Shown piece after piece: positions 24,503-33,520 of a stretch of 41,428 bases of DNA. Every line of letters starts with the position of its first letter. The stretch's first letter is position 1. Origin of the DNA: Octopus bimaculoides (Eukaryota); NCBI RefSeq assembly GCF_001194135.2, contig NC_068999.1, forward strand, positions 4,058,443 to 4,099,870. The letters are read 5' to 3'. Both the position numbers and the translations under genes were made by a program. The notes beneath the pieces are model-generated. The model saw only the letters and a list, made by a program, of their open reading frames with translations. It was not told the DNA's origin and ran no database searches.

Positions 24503-26440
24503 GAGAGAGAGAGAGAGACTCTTTCTTGATCATAATCTAACACACACACACACACACACAGCACTCACCCTGTGCCACACACCCTGCACCCCACACACAC
24601 TGTGCCACTCTTCCTATGCTACTCACCCTTTGCCACTTAGCCATTTCTGTACCACAGAACCATGTCTGCGCAACACACCCTGTCCCATCCCACACACCCT
24701 ATGCCACTAATTCCGTGCCACTAATCCTGTGTCTGCTCCACTCATATGTGTCTGTTCATCCTAATACAATGTCGTGTGAAATAAACAATAAAGTCCTCTT
24801 CTCTTTACAGGCATTAATCATAGCCTTCACATCTGATTTCATCCCTAAGATGTTGTACAAACATGTCATAAGTCCCAACGACACCCTTGAGGGTTATGTG
24901 GAATTCAGTTTGTCTTACTTCAACATAAGCGACTTCCAACCCCGAAGCAAACCAACTTTTGACTCAAACATCACAGAGTGTCGGTAAGTTGTTTTTTTTT
25001 ATGAACTGATATAGGAGGGAGGGAGAACTATGTGCACTTCTAAGGGGGACATTCTTGGAGTGACCGGTTTCCTAACTGAAAAAGAAAAATTTCCAGAAAA
25101 CAGAAGAGATTTTATTAGGGTCCAAATAGGCACTGAACCTGACCAATTTTTTTTAAAGAAAGATTGTCATCTTAATTTTAGAACAAAAATAGGGAAAAGT
25201 TGTATTAACCATAGATTAAGCATCCAGGTGTAAAGACTGTTTCTTAGACTTCATTGTCTCAGGTTTGTTAATATGAATAAATGGGCATAAAATAGCAACA
25301 AAGGTAGAACATTGTTAAATATTCTCTCACCTGCCTCACAGAAGACCAAGGTTGAATTTCCTATGGATGCCAGGGATGGCGTGCATTTTTTTGTTTTGTT
25401 CCAGCTGGGCCTTAACCATTTATGTCTTTAATTCCAGGTACAAAGATTTCCGATATCCCCCTGATTCTCCAGACAAGTATGAGCACACCTCCATCTACTG
25501 GCACATCCTTGCGATTCGTTTGGCCTTCGTTATAATATTCCAGGTAAGAATGTTTATTGAAAATGATTGTAGTTTAGTCCCCCCCACAACATCCCTGACC
25601 AAGCAAATACAAGTTTAAAGGTTCAAATTCCAGCTATGGCCATGAGGCTGACACTGGGTCTAACACACGCTGAGTTTACCAAAACATTACTCCACCATCA
25701 CCACCACCACCACCAACTCCACCCTCCCCACCATCACCACCACCACCNNNNNNNNNNNNNNNNNNNNNNNNNNNNNNNNNNNNNNNNNNNNNNNNNNNNN
25801 NNNNNNNNNNNNNNNNNNNNNNNNNNNNNNNNNNNNNNNNNNNNNNNNNNNNNNNNNNNNNNNNNNNNNNNNNNNNNNNNNNNNNNNNNNNNNNNNNNNN
25901 NNNNNNNNNNNNNNNNNNNNNNNNNNNNNNNNNNNNNNNNNNNNNNNNNNNNNNNNNNNNNNNNNNNNNNNNNNNNNNNNNNNGTTCATCAATGGCAGGT
26001 GGTGGGAGCACTGTATAAACTGACCAGTGTTTTGTCAGCTTCCAGAGCTGATCTAACTTAATTTATTCTAAGGGCCTACACCTAGTCATTTGGCTGACTC
26101 CTTATGTATTGCTGGTCAACTTGATAAGGGTTGGTCCCACATTTGATCTGATGTAATTCACAACCAAAACCCTGTTAGAATGAAGAAACATACTGGTTTT
26201 TTTTTTTTTTTAACTATTTAAGAATTCTTTTATAATTAATCCGTCTCTTTTTGTGTCTGTTTCCAGAATGTCGTCATGCTATTATCATGGCTAGTAGCAG
26301 CCATGATTCCAGATGTACCATATATTGTGAAAATCCAAATGTTGAGAGAGAGTTACTTGACGAAACAAGCTCTCTTGAAATTTCAAGATGAGAAGAGAGA
26401 GAAGCGCCGTACCGGTTCTGTTGGTTTGAAAGAAGAATGA
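6523..26440 (+). CDS. ANO: Anoctamin/TMEM16 family gene (Ca2+-activated scramblase/channel); 5'-partial, 20 coding exons in window, paralog unresolved
   Basis: Manual splicing of 20 GT-AG exons with matching phases gives a continuous frame of 701 codons plus TGA. It contains anoctamin hallmarks: [184 protein letters not shown]. Confidence 0.96.
7021..7179 (-). mobile_element. SINE-like family B, 5' part with internal deletion
   Basis: Reverse complement of gtggtaagaagc...gggttcagt...gatttggtagatggaaactgaaagaag. Confidence 0.7.
7211..7444. mobile_element. Degenerate hAT/Charlie-like MITE
   Basis: Imperfect TIRs cagagattctcaacc / ggttagaaccact, resembling CAGTGGTTCTCAACC-type ends; no clean 8-bp TSD. 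Confidence 0.5.
8040..8092 (+). CDS. ANO: Anoctamin exon B: [18 protein letters not shown]
   Basis: caacAG / GTAAGG, 53 nt; AAYPLH motif. Confidence 0.93.
8735..9012 (-). mobile_element. SINE-like family B with internal (CA)n
   Basis: Reverse complement of the family B head seen at 29947; ends about 40 nt upstream of the exon C acceptor. Confidence 0.8.
9056..9112 (+). CDS. ANO: Anoctamin exon C: [19 protein letters not shown]
   Basis: ttccAG / GTACGT, 57 nt, phase 0/0; gives PLHEG..N.R.LLY..WA continuity. Confidence 0.85.
10098..10162 (+). CDS. ANO: Anoctamin exon D: [21 protein letters not shown](R)
   Basis: gtccAG / GTAAGA, 65 nt; QPLD motif. Confidence 0.93.
10323..10457 (+). CDS. ANO: Anoctamin exon E (TM1): [44 protein letters not shown](S)
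   Basis: ttttcAG / GTAATG, 135 nt; YFGEKIG.YFAWL motif. Confidence 0.95.
10811..10977 (+). CDS. ANO: Anoctamin exon F: [55 protein letters not shown]
   Basis: cccAG / GTAAGT, 167 nt; Cys-rich MCPLCD loop and start of TM2. Confidence 0.95.
11504..11586 (+). CDS. ANO: Anoctamin exon G: (S)[27 protein letters not shown]
   Basis: tttcAG / GTCAGT, 83 nt; E.WKR..W..FEEEE motif. Confidence 0.94.
11681..12000. repeat. 23-bp pyrimidine-rich minisatellite (tctcattcttcttgtactctgtg), about 14 units
   Basis: Directly visible; source of the spurious ORFs at 11673-12137. Confidence 0.9.
12577..12639 (+). CDS. ANO: Anoctamin exon H: [21 protein letters not shown]
   Basis: tcaaAG / GTAAGT, 63 nt; RPEF..NPVT motif. 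Confidence 0.92.
13149..13445 (-). mobile_element. Retroposon 3' end, family D, with (GAT)n tail on the - strand (RTE-LINE/SINE-like); internal about 63-bp duplication
   Basis: (atc)n-gtttaacgtccactttccatgctggc...ggatgcccttcctaatgcc; second copy at 31096. RTE assignment is inferred from the microsatellite tail. Confidence 0.65.
13611..13685 (+). CDS. ANO: Anoctamin exon I: [25 protein letters not shown]
   Basis: ttgcAG / GTAAAT, 75 nt; EPY.P motif and start of TM3. Confidence 0.9.
13789..13947 (+). CDS. ANO: Anoctamin exon J (TM3-TM4): [53 protein letters not shown]
   Basis: ttccAG / GTAAGT, 159 nt; GVIVYR motif; 103-nt upstream intron. Confidence 0.94.
14010..14345 (+). mobile_element. tRNA-derived SINE-like family C, near full length
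   Basis: ggctcggtggttagagc...aagttcaattcc head; body homologous to 3681-4010. Confidence 0.85.
14370..14575 (+). mobile_element. SINE-like family A, near full length
   Basis: Same head, B box and tail (cccacaaaatttctggccttgtg) as other copies. Confidence 0.8.
15794..16187. other. Assembly gap (N). Other gaps: 20766-21019, 25748-25983, 26701-26980, 28965-29468, 39900-40131
   Basis: N runs, mostly bounded by microsatellites or other low-complexity sequence. Confidence 0.99.
16515..16551 (+). CDS. ANO: Anoctamin exon K (37 nt): [12 protein letters not shown](E)
   Basis: tttcAG / GTAAGA; required to link phases 0 and 1; matches Y..A..LT..E. Confidence 0.9.
17043..17154 (+). CDS. ANO: Anoctamin exon L (TM5): [36 protein letters not shown](R)
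   Basis: tttcAG / GTAAGT, 112 nt; highly conserved TM5. Confidence 0.96.
17370..17424 (+). CDS. ANO: Anoctamin exon M: [18 protein letters not shown]
   Basis: ttacAG / GTAAGA, 55 nt; G.P..Y...R.EE motif. Confidence 0.92.
17630..17812 (+). mobile_element. SINE-like family B, 3' half
   Basis: catcgcttgacaacc...gtaacttagcgg...gatagaataagt...cagtcaaatgact. Confidence 0.8.
18656..18840 (+). mobile_element. SINE-like family B, 5' half
   Basis: gtggctgtgtggtaagaagcttgcttc...ggttcagtcc. Confidence 0.8.
20329..20426 (+). CDS. ANO: Anoctamin exon N (TM6): [32 protein letters not shown](P)
   Basis: cccAG / GTAAGT, 98 nt; GCL.EL.IQL and NNxxE Ca2+ motif. Confidence 0.95.
20545..20765 (+). mobile_element. 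SINE-like family B, 5' half, running into an N-gap via (TG)n
   Basis: gtggtaagaagtttgcttccaaaccacatggttcttggttcagtcccactgc. Confidence 0.8.
21117..21465 (+). mobile_element. Two tandem SINE-like family A copies (21117-21316 full; about 21333-21465 3' half)
   Basis: Both end in aaaatt.ctggccttgt...aaaatttgaaacc. Confidence 0.8.
21601..21776 (+). CDS. ANO: Anoctamin exon O: [58 protein letters not shown]
   Basis: accAG / GTGAGT, 176 nt; WE.D..L and F.EYLEM (TM7 Ca2+ ligands). Confidence 0.93.
22978..23130 (+). CDS. ANO: Anoctamin exon P (TM7-TM8): [51 protein letters not shown](G)
   Basis: ttgcAG / GTAAAG, 153 nt; AFPLAP and NN..E.RLD motifs. Confidence 0.96.
23310..23660. repeat. G-rich minisatellite of about 34 bp (gagattggtgggtggagcctgatgctatctaggt), about 10 units
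   Basis: Directly visible degenerate tandem units. Confidence 0.85.
23705..24145 (-). mobile_element. Two tandem SINE-like family A copies on the - strand (about 23705-23910 and 23951-24145), separated by (TAA)n
   Basis: Reverse complement reads ggtggtgagctggcagaatcattagc...ttctgagttcaaactc...gcctttcatcctttcgg. Confidence 0.8.
24393..24445 (+). CDS. ANO: Anoctamin exon Q: [18 protein letters not shown]
   Basis: ttatAG / GTGAGT, 53 nt. Confidence 0.93.
24811..24983 (+). CDS. ANO: Anoctamin exon R: [57 protein letters not shown](R)
   Basis: ttacAG / GTAAGT, 173 nt; AFTSDFIP motif; N-glycosylation sequons NDT, NIS and NIT. Confidence 0.95.
25438..25543 (+). CDS. ANO: Anoctamin exon S: [35 protein letters not shown]
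   Basis: ttccAG / GTAAGA, 106 nt; CRY.D.R and W..LA.RLAFVI motifs. Confidence 0.93.
26267..26440 (+). CDS. ANO: Anoctamin terminal exon T: [57 protein letters not shown]
   Basis: ttccAG acceptor; IPDVP motif; TGA at 26438-26440. Confidence 0.93.
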   Translation, partial: NVVMLLSWLVAAMIPDVPYIVKIQMLRESYLTKQALLKFQDEKREKRRTGSVGLKEE

Positions 26441-26980
26441 AAGTGAAATATGGAAGATATTGCTGAGATTTCTTTGAGTTTTCAATGCAAAAATAGAGAC
26501 TGTTTACTTGAAAGAAACAGAAAGGAAAAAAATAATGGTTTTATTCCAATACTAATATTTTTCAGTTTTGCTCACGGCTTCAACTAATTCCATCCAATTT
26601 GTAACCATTTTTTTTCTCTCTCAATTGCATTCAGTATATTTTTCAATACATATATCCTAATACTCAAACGCACATACATGAGCATATATATATATATATA
26701 NNNNNNNNNNNNNNNNNNNNNNNNNNNNNNNNNNNNNNNNNNNNNNNNNNNNNNNNNNNNNNNNNNNNNNNNNNNNNNNNNNNNNNNNNNNNNNNNNNNN
26801 NNNNNNNNNNNNNNNNNNNNNNNNNNNNNNNNNNNNNNNNNNNNNNNNNNNNNNNNNNNNNNNNNNNNNNNNNNNNNNNNNNNNNNNNNNNNNNNNNNNN
26901 NNNNNNNNNNNNNNNNNNNNNNNNNNNNNNNNNNNNNNNNNNNNNNNNNNNNNNNNNNNNNNNNNNNNNNNNNNNNNNNN

Positions 26981-27017
<37 letters not shown>

Positions 27018-27149
27018 AATAAACAATATATCGAATTTCATTATGGTATCATTAAAAGAAAGAGCTAATTAAAATTTATTCCATGCAAAACATCGTTAAT
27101 GATTGAGAGAATGAATATAAGACCAATTTTGGTCTGAAATGTCTTTTAC

Positions 27150-27410
27150 ATTAAATGTATATTAATTATAACTATATATTTATATCAGTTATAATTGCAT
27201 ATGTATACCATAATTAAATGTTTATGCTAATTACAATTACATATGCATGTTATTATTAAATATATTGATTATGATTACATATGTATATTATAATTAGTTG
27301 TCTGTTTTAATTACAATTACATATGCATATCATAATCAACTATAATTACAAATGTGTATCGTAACTAAATGTTTGTTAATTACAATTACATATGTATATC
27401 ATAATTACAA
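27150..27410. repeat. AT-rich degenerate tandem repeat (taattacaattacatatg core at 27228, 27308, 27377)
   Basis: Directly visible. Confidence 0.7.
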
Positions 27411-28002
27411 ACCCAGTTATTAAAATATTTGCTACATTTTATGGTTATGGACAAACCCATAGCCCTCTGTTATCATGCTTCATTATCAATGAAAAAATAA
27501 CCTAGCATTTTTTTTTAAGTGGTTGCTGGTGGGTGGGTGGGGGTGGAATTATCGAATGGTGTGACTCCAGGTAGAACAACAACAACAACAGGCCTTTGCA
27601 ATCCAAACATAATACTTGGAATTCTTTGATCAGAGGAAATTATTTTTGTCATTGTTCAGTATAAATATAAAATAATCCACTTGAAGACGGTTTAAATACA
27701 TTGCGGTAAGATTTATTTCTTTACGGTTTATATTATCAACATTGGAGATCATTTACAGAGGCGGGGGAGGGGGTATACTCACTGGTGATGGTCACGATCG
27801 TTGAAAATCATAAGCCGTTTGATGATTGTAGTGGTTCCTGATAGAGGTGGGCTAGGTGAAAACTACTGAATAACACTGACAAATTTTGACAATCAAAAGA
27901 ACGTAATGGAACATTTATGAAAAAGGACCTTAAAATAGTTTGATTCAGTAGACACCCCCTACAGATATTGGAGGGGGTAACACATTCCTCGCACAAATAA
28001 AC

Positions 28003-28058
<56 letters not shown>

Positions 28059-29628
28059 TGTATGTGTATATATATATATATATATATATTTGTTGAGCTC
28101 TGTCTAGTTCTACTCTATATCAGTTGTCACTGAAGACTGTGTCTTTTGGATTCACTTGTATCATATTCCAGGTACCTGTACCCTGCTCATTTCTTTCTTT
28201 CAAGATTTCTCTAATTAATGTTGAAGTGTTTCTTCCACAATAACAAACAAACGAACAAGAAAAGAAAGAGATGACCCCTCTGTTGGAATATGAAGACGAT
28301 GCAAGTGTGAGGTGCAAACCGTCTTGACCGAATTATACTGTTCAATATTAGAAATTATAACCAATCAGTCAATCAATCAATCAATACCATCATTACTTGT
28401 TTGTGAAGGAATTATGAGTGTATAGAGATCTTTTGTTTGTCACCCCACCACCCCTCAAAATATTTGGTATTGCTAGTCTTGGAATTTCACTCTTGAAGGC
28501 GACAATGTCCAATAAAGTTAACATATCTTACATTCCTGCTTCTTTAAAAGGACAGTGACATCATCCAAGCGCCATCCCTCTCATCAGATAGAACTTTCTC
28601 AAAGAATAACGAGTGAAATGGTTAAGACTACAAGAACAACTTGGAATATACTCAGCTTTTTTTTTTTTCTTTTTCTATAATTGTGAATATATATATAAAG
28701 AAAATACTTGAATATAAAAAAAATATTTTTAAAACTGGAGTTATTCTACTCCTTGATGCTCCCTGTATGATATTGGCAGAAAGGAAAAATATAAAAATTT
28801 GTTGATTTTTTTTTTTTGATTTAAGGAGTGATTAAAAAATTTTTTTTTTAATTATTGTGTCTTGTTCACTAACTGTAAATAGCTACAAATAACAGGTAGG
28901 CAGTGGTAGCATTGTGTAATTGCCAAGTGTTCCATTAGCCTTCCATGATGATCTTGGAGCTCCGNNNNNNNNNNNNNNNNNNNNNNNNNNNNNNNNNNNN
29001 NNNNNNNNNNNNNNNNNNNNNNNNNNNNNNNNNNNNNNNNNNNNNNNNNNNNNNNNNNNNNNNNNNNNNNNNNNNNNNNNNNNNNNNNNNNNNNNNNNNN
29101 NNNNNNNNNNNNNNNNNNNNNNNNNNNNNNNNNNNNNNNNNNNNNNNNNNNNNNNNNNNNNNNNNNNNNNNNNNNNNNNNNNNNNNNNNNNNNNNNNNNN
29201 NNNNNNNNNNNNNNNNNNNNNNNNNNNNNNNNNNNNNNNNNNNNNNNNNNNNNNNNNNNNNNNNNNNNNNNNNNNNNNNNNNNNNNNNNNNNNNNNNNNN
29301 NNNNNNNNNNNNNNNNNNNNNNNNNNNNNNNNNNNNNNNNNNNNNNNNNNNNNNNNNNNNNNNNNNNNNNNNNNNNNNNNNNNNNNNNNNNNNNNNNNNN
29401 NNNNNNNNNNNNNNNNNNNNNNNNNNNNNNNNNNNNNNNNNNNNNNNNNNNNNNNNNNNNNNNNNNNNCCTGCCAATTTTAATGTTTGTTAAAAAATTAA
29501 AAAAAAAAACAAACTCGATGTTTAAGATCTGTTGGTAAATAGCGATTGTTTTTTTTTTTTTGTTTTATAAAAATCCAGAAAAAAAATTTACATTTTCAAA
29601 TCTGGTTTAAAATGTCTTGTAAAAATTT

Positions 29629-29748
29629 AATAAAATATATAAATAAAAATATATTGTCTATGAAAAAAAAAATAATAATAATATATAAAGTTTTACAAAT
29701 TTTTTATTAAAATATAATTGTCCACTTCTCTGTGTTTTTGTTTCTTTT
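29629..29748 (+). terminator. Candidate polyadenylation region of the anoctamin gene
   Basis: AATAAA at 29629 and 29642, ATTAAA at 29706-29711, followed about 20 nt later by a GU/U-rich tract (tgtgtttttgtttctttt). An earlier AATAAA lies at 27018. Use of any of these sites is inferred only. Confidence 0.4.
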
Positions 29749-29851
29749 GCTTTATAAATTTGGTTAATTTTATTATATTGAATCCAGGCAGTGGACTGTG
29801 GTCATGCTGGGGCACCACCAACAGTTCTTTGTGGTGCAGGTGACAGGCACA

Positions 29852-30448
29852 TTAATTCTTTTATTTCTTTTAAAATACATTGCGTTTTTTTTTTGGATTA
29901 ATTTTGAAAATAGTGAAGAATTATTAAAATAACTTTGTCGTTAACAGGCGCAGGTGTGGCAGAGTGGTAAGGAGCTTGTTTCCCAAGCATATGGCTCTAG
30001 GTTCAGTCCCACTGTGTGGCACCTTGGGAAAGTGTCTTCTACTATAGCTTCAGGCAGATCAAAGCCTTGTGGGTGGATTTGGTAGATGGAAACTGAAAGA
30101 AGCCCATCATATATATATGTATATAATTATGTGTATGTGTTTGTCCCACCCACCATTGCTTGACAATCGATGTTGGTGTGTTTACATTCCTCTAACTTAG
30201 CAGTTCAGCAAAAGAGACTGATAGAATAAGTACTAGGCTTACAAACAATAAGTTCAAGGGTCAGTTTCTTCAACAAAAATCCCTTTCAGGTAGTGCTGCA
30301 GCATGGCCACAGTCAAATGACTGAGACAAGTAAAAGCAAAAACTGATGTGTGTGTCGCATAAATTAACAGGAAATTTGGATCACTTCGGAAACAAGAATT
30401 TTCTATCATAAAACCAGGGATGATGTCAAGTGGCACCAAAACGGTTAA
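29852..30448. mobile_element. piggyBac-like (TTAA) MITE, copy 1, interrupted by a family B SINE
   Basis: Both flanks of the SINE align with 30572-30859; ends in aaaacggTTAA. Confidence 0.55.
29947..30343 (+). mobile_element. SINE-like family B, near full length (about 400 bp)
   Basis: tRNA-like head ggcgcaggtgtggcagagtggtaag...ggttcagtccc, internal (TA/TG)n, tail cagtcaaatgactgagacaagtaaaag. Confidence 0.85.
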
Positions 30449-30571
30449 AGAATCTATCGACCAACATGGTCAAACCAGATCTGCTGAAAGTCTATAGAAA
30501 CTGTACTCAGGGAAGCCATCTGCAACCTATGTTGCGTACACGTTATATGATTCCTATGTTGCAGAGAGAAT

Positions 30572-30859
30572 TTCACCCTTTCGCTACCAGAATTCTTTTG
30601 AAATACACTGCTTTTGTTTTGGTTAATTTTGAAGATAATGAAGGATTTAATAAAAAAATAACTTTGTCTTTATTAATCTTATATGTGGAACATAAAGGTG
30701 GTGCTCCAGGATGGCCACTGTCAAATGACTGAAACAAGTAAAAGAATTAAAAGATTAACATGAAATTGTGATGGAAGGTTTTAATTCAGGTCTCTTTAAA
30801 ACAAGATTTTACCATAGAATCAGGGATGGTCTCAGACTGGTCGCTGTCGAAACGGTTAA
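30572..30859. mobile_element. piggyBac-like (TTAA) MITE, copy 2, interrupted by a 60-bp family B tail (30697-30756)
   Basis: Ends ttca-ccctttcg / cgaaacgg-TTAA; the insert is flanked by aacataaa / aacatgaa. Confidence 0.6.
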
Positions 30860-31094
30860 TAGTTGATGTCTGAGTGACAAATGTACACAGCCATGTTGTT
30901 TTGTTGGTCAGGGGTTCAAGACCTGGTGGCGGTGCTTCCGTGCTGATCATGTTATTCCACATAACCGTGTTCTCGTTGAGTGTAACACAGAAATAGGCAA
31001 TCACAAGATAGATCAATACAAATGCTATGACCATTGATCATTAGCTTTGATTCCTAAAACTCGAATTGGTTGACTCCACTTTGATTAATTGCCA

Positions 31095-31095
<1 letters not shown>

Positions 31096-31132
<37 letters not shown>

Positions 31133-31380
31133 TTAGTGTCTGTTTTCCATGCTGGCATGGGTTGGACTGTTTGATTGGAACAGGTAAACCGAAGAGCTGC
31201 ACCAGGTTCCAGTCTGATTTGGCTTGGTTTCTATGGCTAGAAGCCCTTCCTAATGCCAACCACTCTAAGAGTGTAGTAGGTACCCTTTACATATCACCGG
31301 CACAGGCACCTTTTACATGTCACTGGCTAGGGTGCCTTTTACGTGTGGCTGGAGCTGTCCATGGCTACGATCTCACATGG
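31096..31380 (-). mobile_element. Retroposon 3' end, family D, second copy
   Basis: (atc)n-tttagtgtctgttttccatgctggcatgggttggac...gcccttcctaatgccaaccactc. Confidence 0.65.
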
Positions 31381-33039
31381 CACAGCAAATCACTAAGAAG
31401 TCTCGATCACTTGTCATTGTCTCCCAAAGCCAACTCGTGTAAATTTTCCAAAACTCCTCTTGACACTCTTGGAAAAAATCTTTTACAAATTTTGATACAA
31501 TTGGAATCTATACCATCTGATGCAAATTTGCATAAAATTTCACTAAAGAATATCGATTTTTCTGGAAGTTATGAGGAAACAAAGCTAACTCGAGTGAATT
31601 TTCCAAAACTTTCTTCCCCACTCTCAGAAAATATTTTTACAACAAATTCCAATATAAGTGGAATTTGTACAATCAATTTGATGTGAATTTGTAGAAAGTT
31701 TCATTTAAAAATATCAATTTTTCTGTACGTTATGAAGAAACAAAGTGGGTGGGGTACCATTGGGTATGTAGATAAACAGAAATCAACAGCAGAAGTAGAA
31801 TTAATTGTTCCAAAGAAAAAGAAAACAAATATTGGTTGACAGGAATGACCCTAGGCAAGAATCTATCCCAGAAATAGGAAATTCCTGGCAAATGCTTCTC
31901 GAAAAAGACATTTTAAAGTTTTATTTTTTATTTGAAAGATTCCTGAACTTTATTTTAGTAAATAGATAGATAGATAGATAGATCGATAGAAAGATAGGTA
32001 GGTAAGTAGGTTGGTCGGTCGGTCGGTCCAGTCATTTCCTGACTTGGAAACAGGTGATGGTTGGCAACAGGAAGAGCATCTAGCTGTATGAAATCTGCTG
32101 CAATAAATTCCACATGAGCCATGCCAGGAAGAAAAAGACCTTATTCTCTCTCTGCACTCTCCCTCTTTCACTCTTACCCCTTCTGCTCACCTCTCTCTTT
32201 CTCACACACACGCCTCCACCTGTTCTTACTTTCCACCTCGCTTCCTCCCCACCAACTACCGCTACCTCGCTGCCGTTCTTAAACCATAACTTTGATTCCA
32301 TCCACCTAATTGATAACACTACTACTACTACTACTGCTATTACTACTACTACCATGAGTAGCACCAGCCTTATAACCACCCTCACTATCCTAAGAATCGC
32401 CAGAATATTACTATTAGGCGCACATACACACGCACGTACATTCTATCACACACACACACATGAACATGCGCATTACGCTCACGTACACACACGCACTTGC
32501 ACACATGCATCTCACGCATATACGCATCGTATGCACGCACCCTACTACTACCACCGCCACCACCACCACTGATCCACGCAATGGTACCGCAGCTACTAAA
32601 TCATCACCATCGCCACCAGAAGCAACAACAACAACAACAACTATCTCCATTTATCTGTAACCAAGCTACCACCCCCATCCCACCCATACTCACCACCACC
32701 ATCGCCGCCGCAGCTGTTATACATACACAACCATCCTGTCATCACCACCACATCCGGCACCACGGCCACCACATCCGGCACCACCACCAACAACAACACC
32801 ACCACCATCCACCATCCACCACCACCACCACCACTTCTACCATCATCTCTGCTACGGCGCCTACATCATAACTACTGTTGCAATTACATTGCTACTGCGC
32901 CGCAACTACCGCCTTAACAGTCACAGTTACACCACCACTACAGCACAAACGCAGCAGCACCACCACCACCACCAACACTATCAGCACCACCAATCTGTAC
33001 AAGCAGCAGCAGTAGTTGCAGCAGAAATGTGTGTATATA

Positions 33040-33042
33040 TGT

Positions 33043-33099
<57 letters not shown>

Positions 33100-33295
33100 G
33101 AGAGAGACAGACAGACAGACAGAGAGACAGAGAGAGCGAGAGTATGTGAGAAAGAGAAAGAGAGAGACATACAGCTATAAAGAGAGAGACATACAGCTAT
33201 AAAGAGAGAGGGAGAGAAAGTGATATGGAGAGACAACGCCATAAAGAATTGCATAGATAGATAGATAGATAATTCTGTAAAGAAAGAAGAGAACT

Positions 33296-33334
<39 letters not shown>

Positions 33335-33368
33335 TAGAGAGAGACAGAGAGAGAGAGAGAGACAGAGA

Positions 33369-33412
<44 letters not shown>

Positions 33413-33428
33413 GAGAGAGAGACAGAGA

Positions 33429-33459
<31 letters not shown>

Positions 33460-33520
33460 CTATAAAGAAAGCGAAATACATAGAATTATAAAGACAGAGA
33501 GAGAGAGAGCGAAGGAGAGA
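33040..33520. repeat. Long purine tract (AG)n/(AGAC)n/(GATA)n
   Basis: Directly visible. Confidence 0.95.

Noticed and set aside
15794-25983. Exons hidden in the three intronic N-gaps
   Set aside because: Flanking exons join in phase with family-typical continuity (LNM|LYTK, LLP|KLQNW, IFQ|NVV); no missing conserved segment, though optional exons cannot be excluded.
31066-31686. 206-aa ORF as a real gene
   Set aside because: Chimera of an (ATC)n tail, the family D repeat and an AT-rich tandem duplication; no recognisable domain or splice signals.
32080-32871. His/Thr/Val-rich ORFs on both strands
   Set aside because: Derived from (CAC)n, (CTA)n and (CA)n low-complexity sequence.
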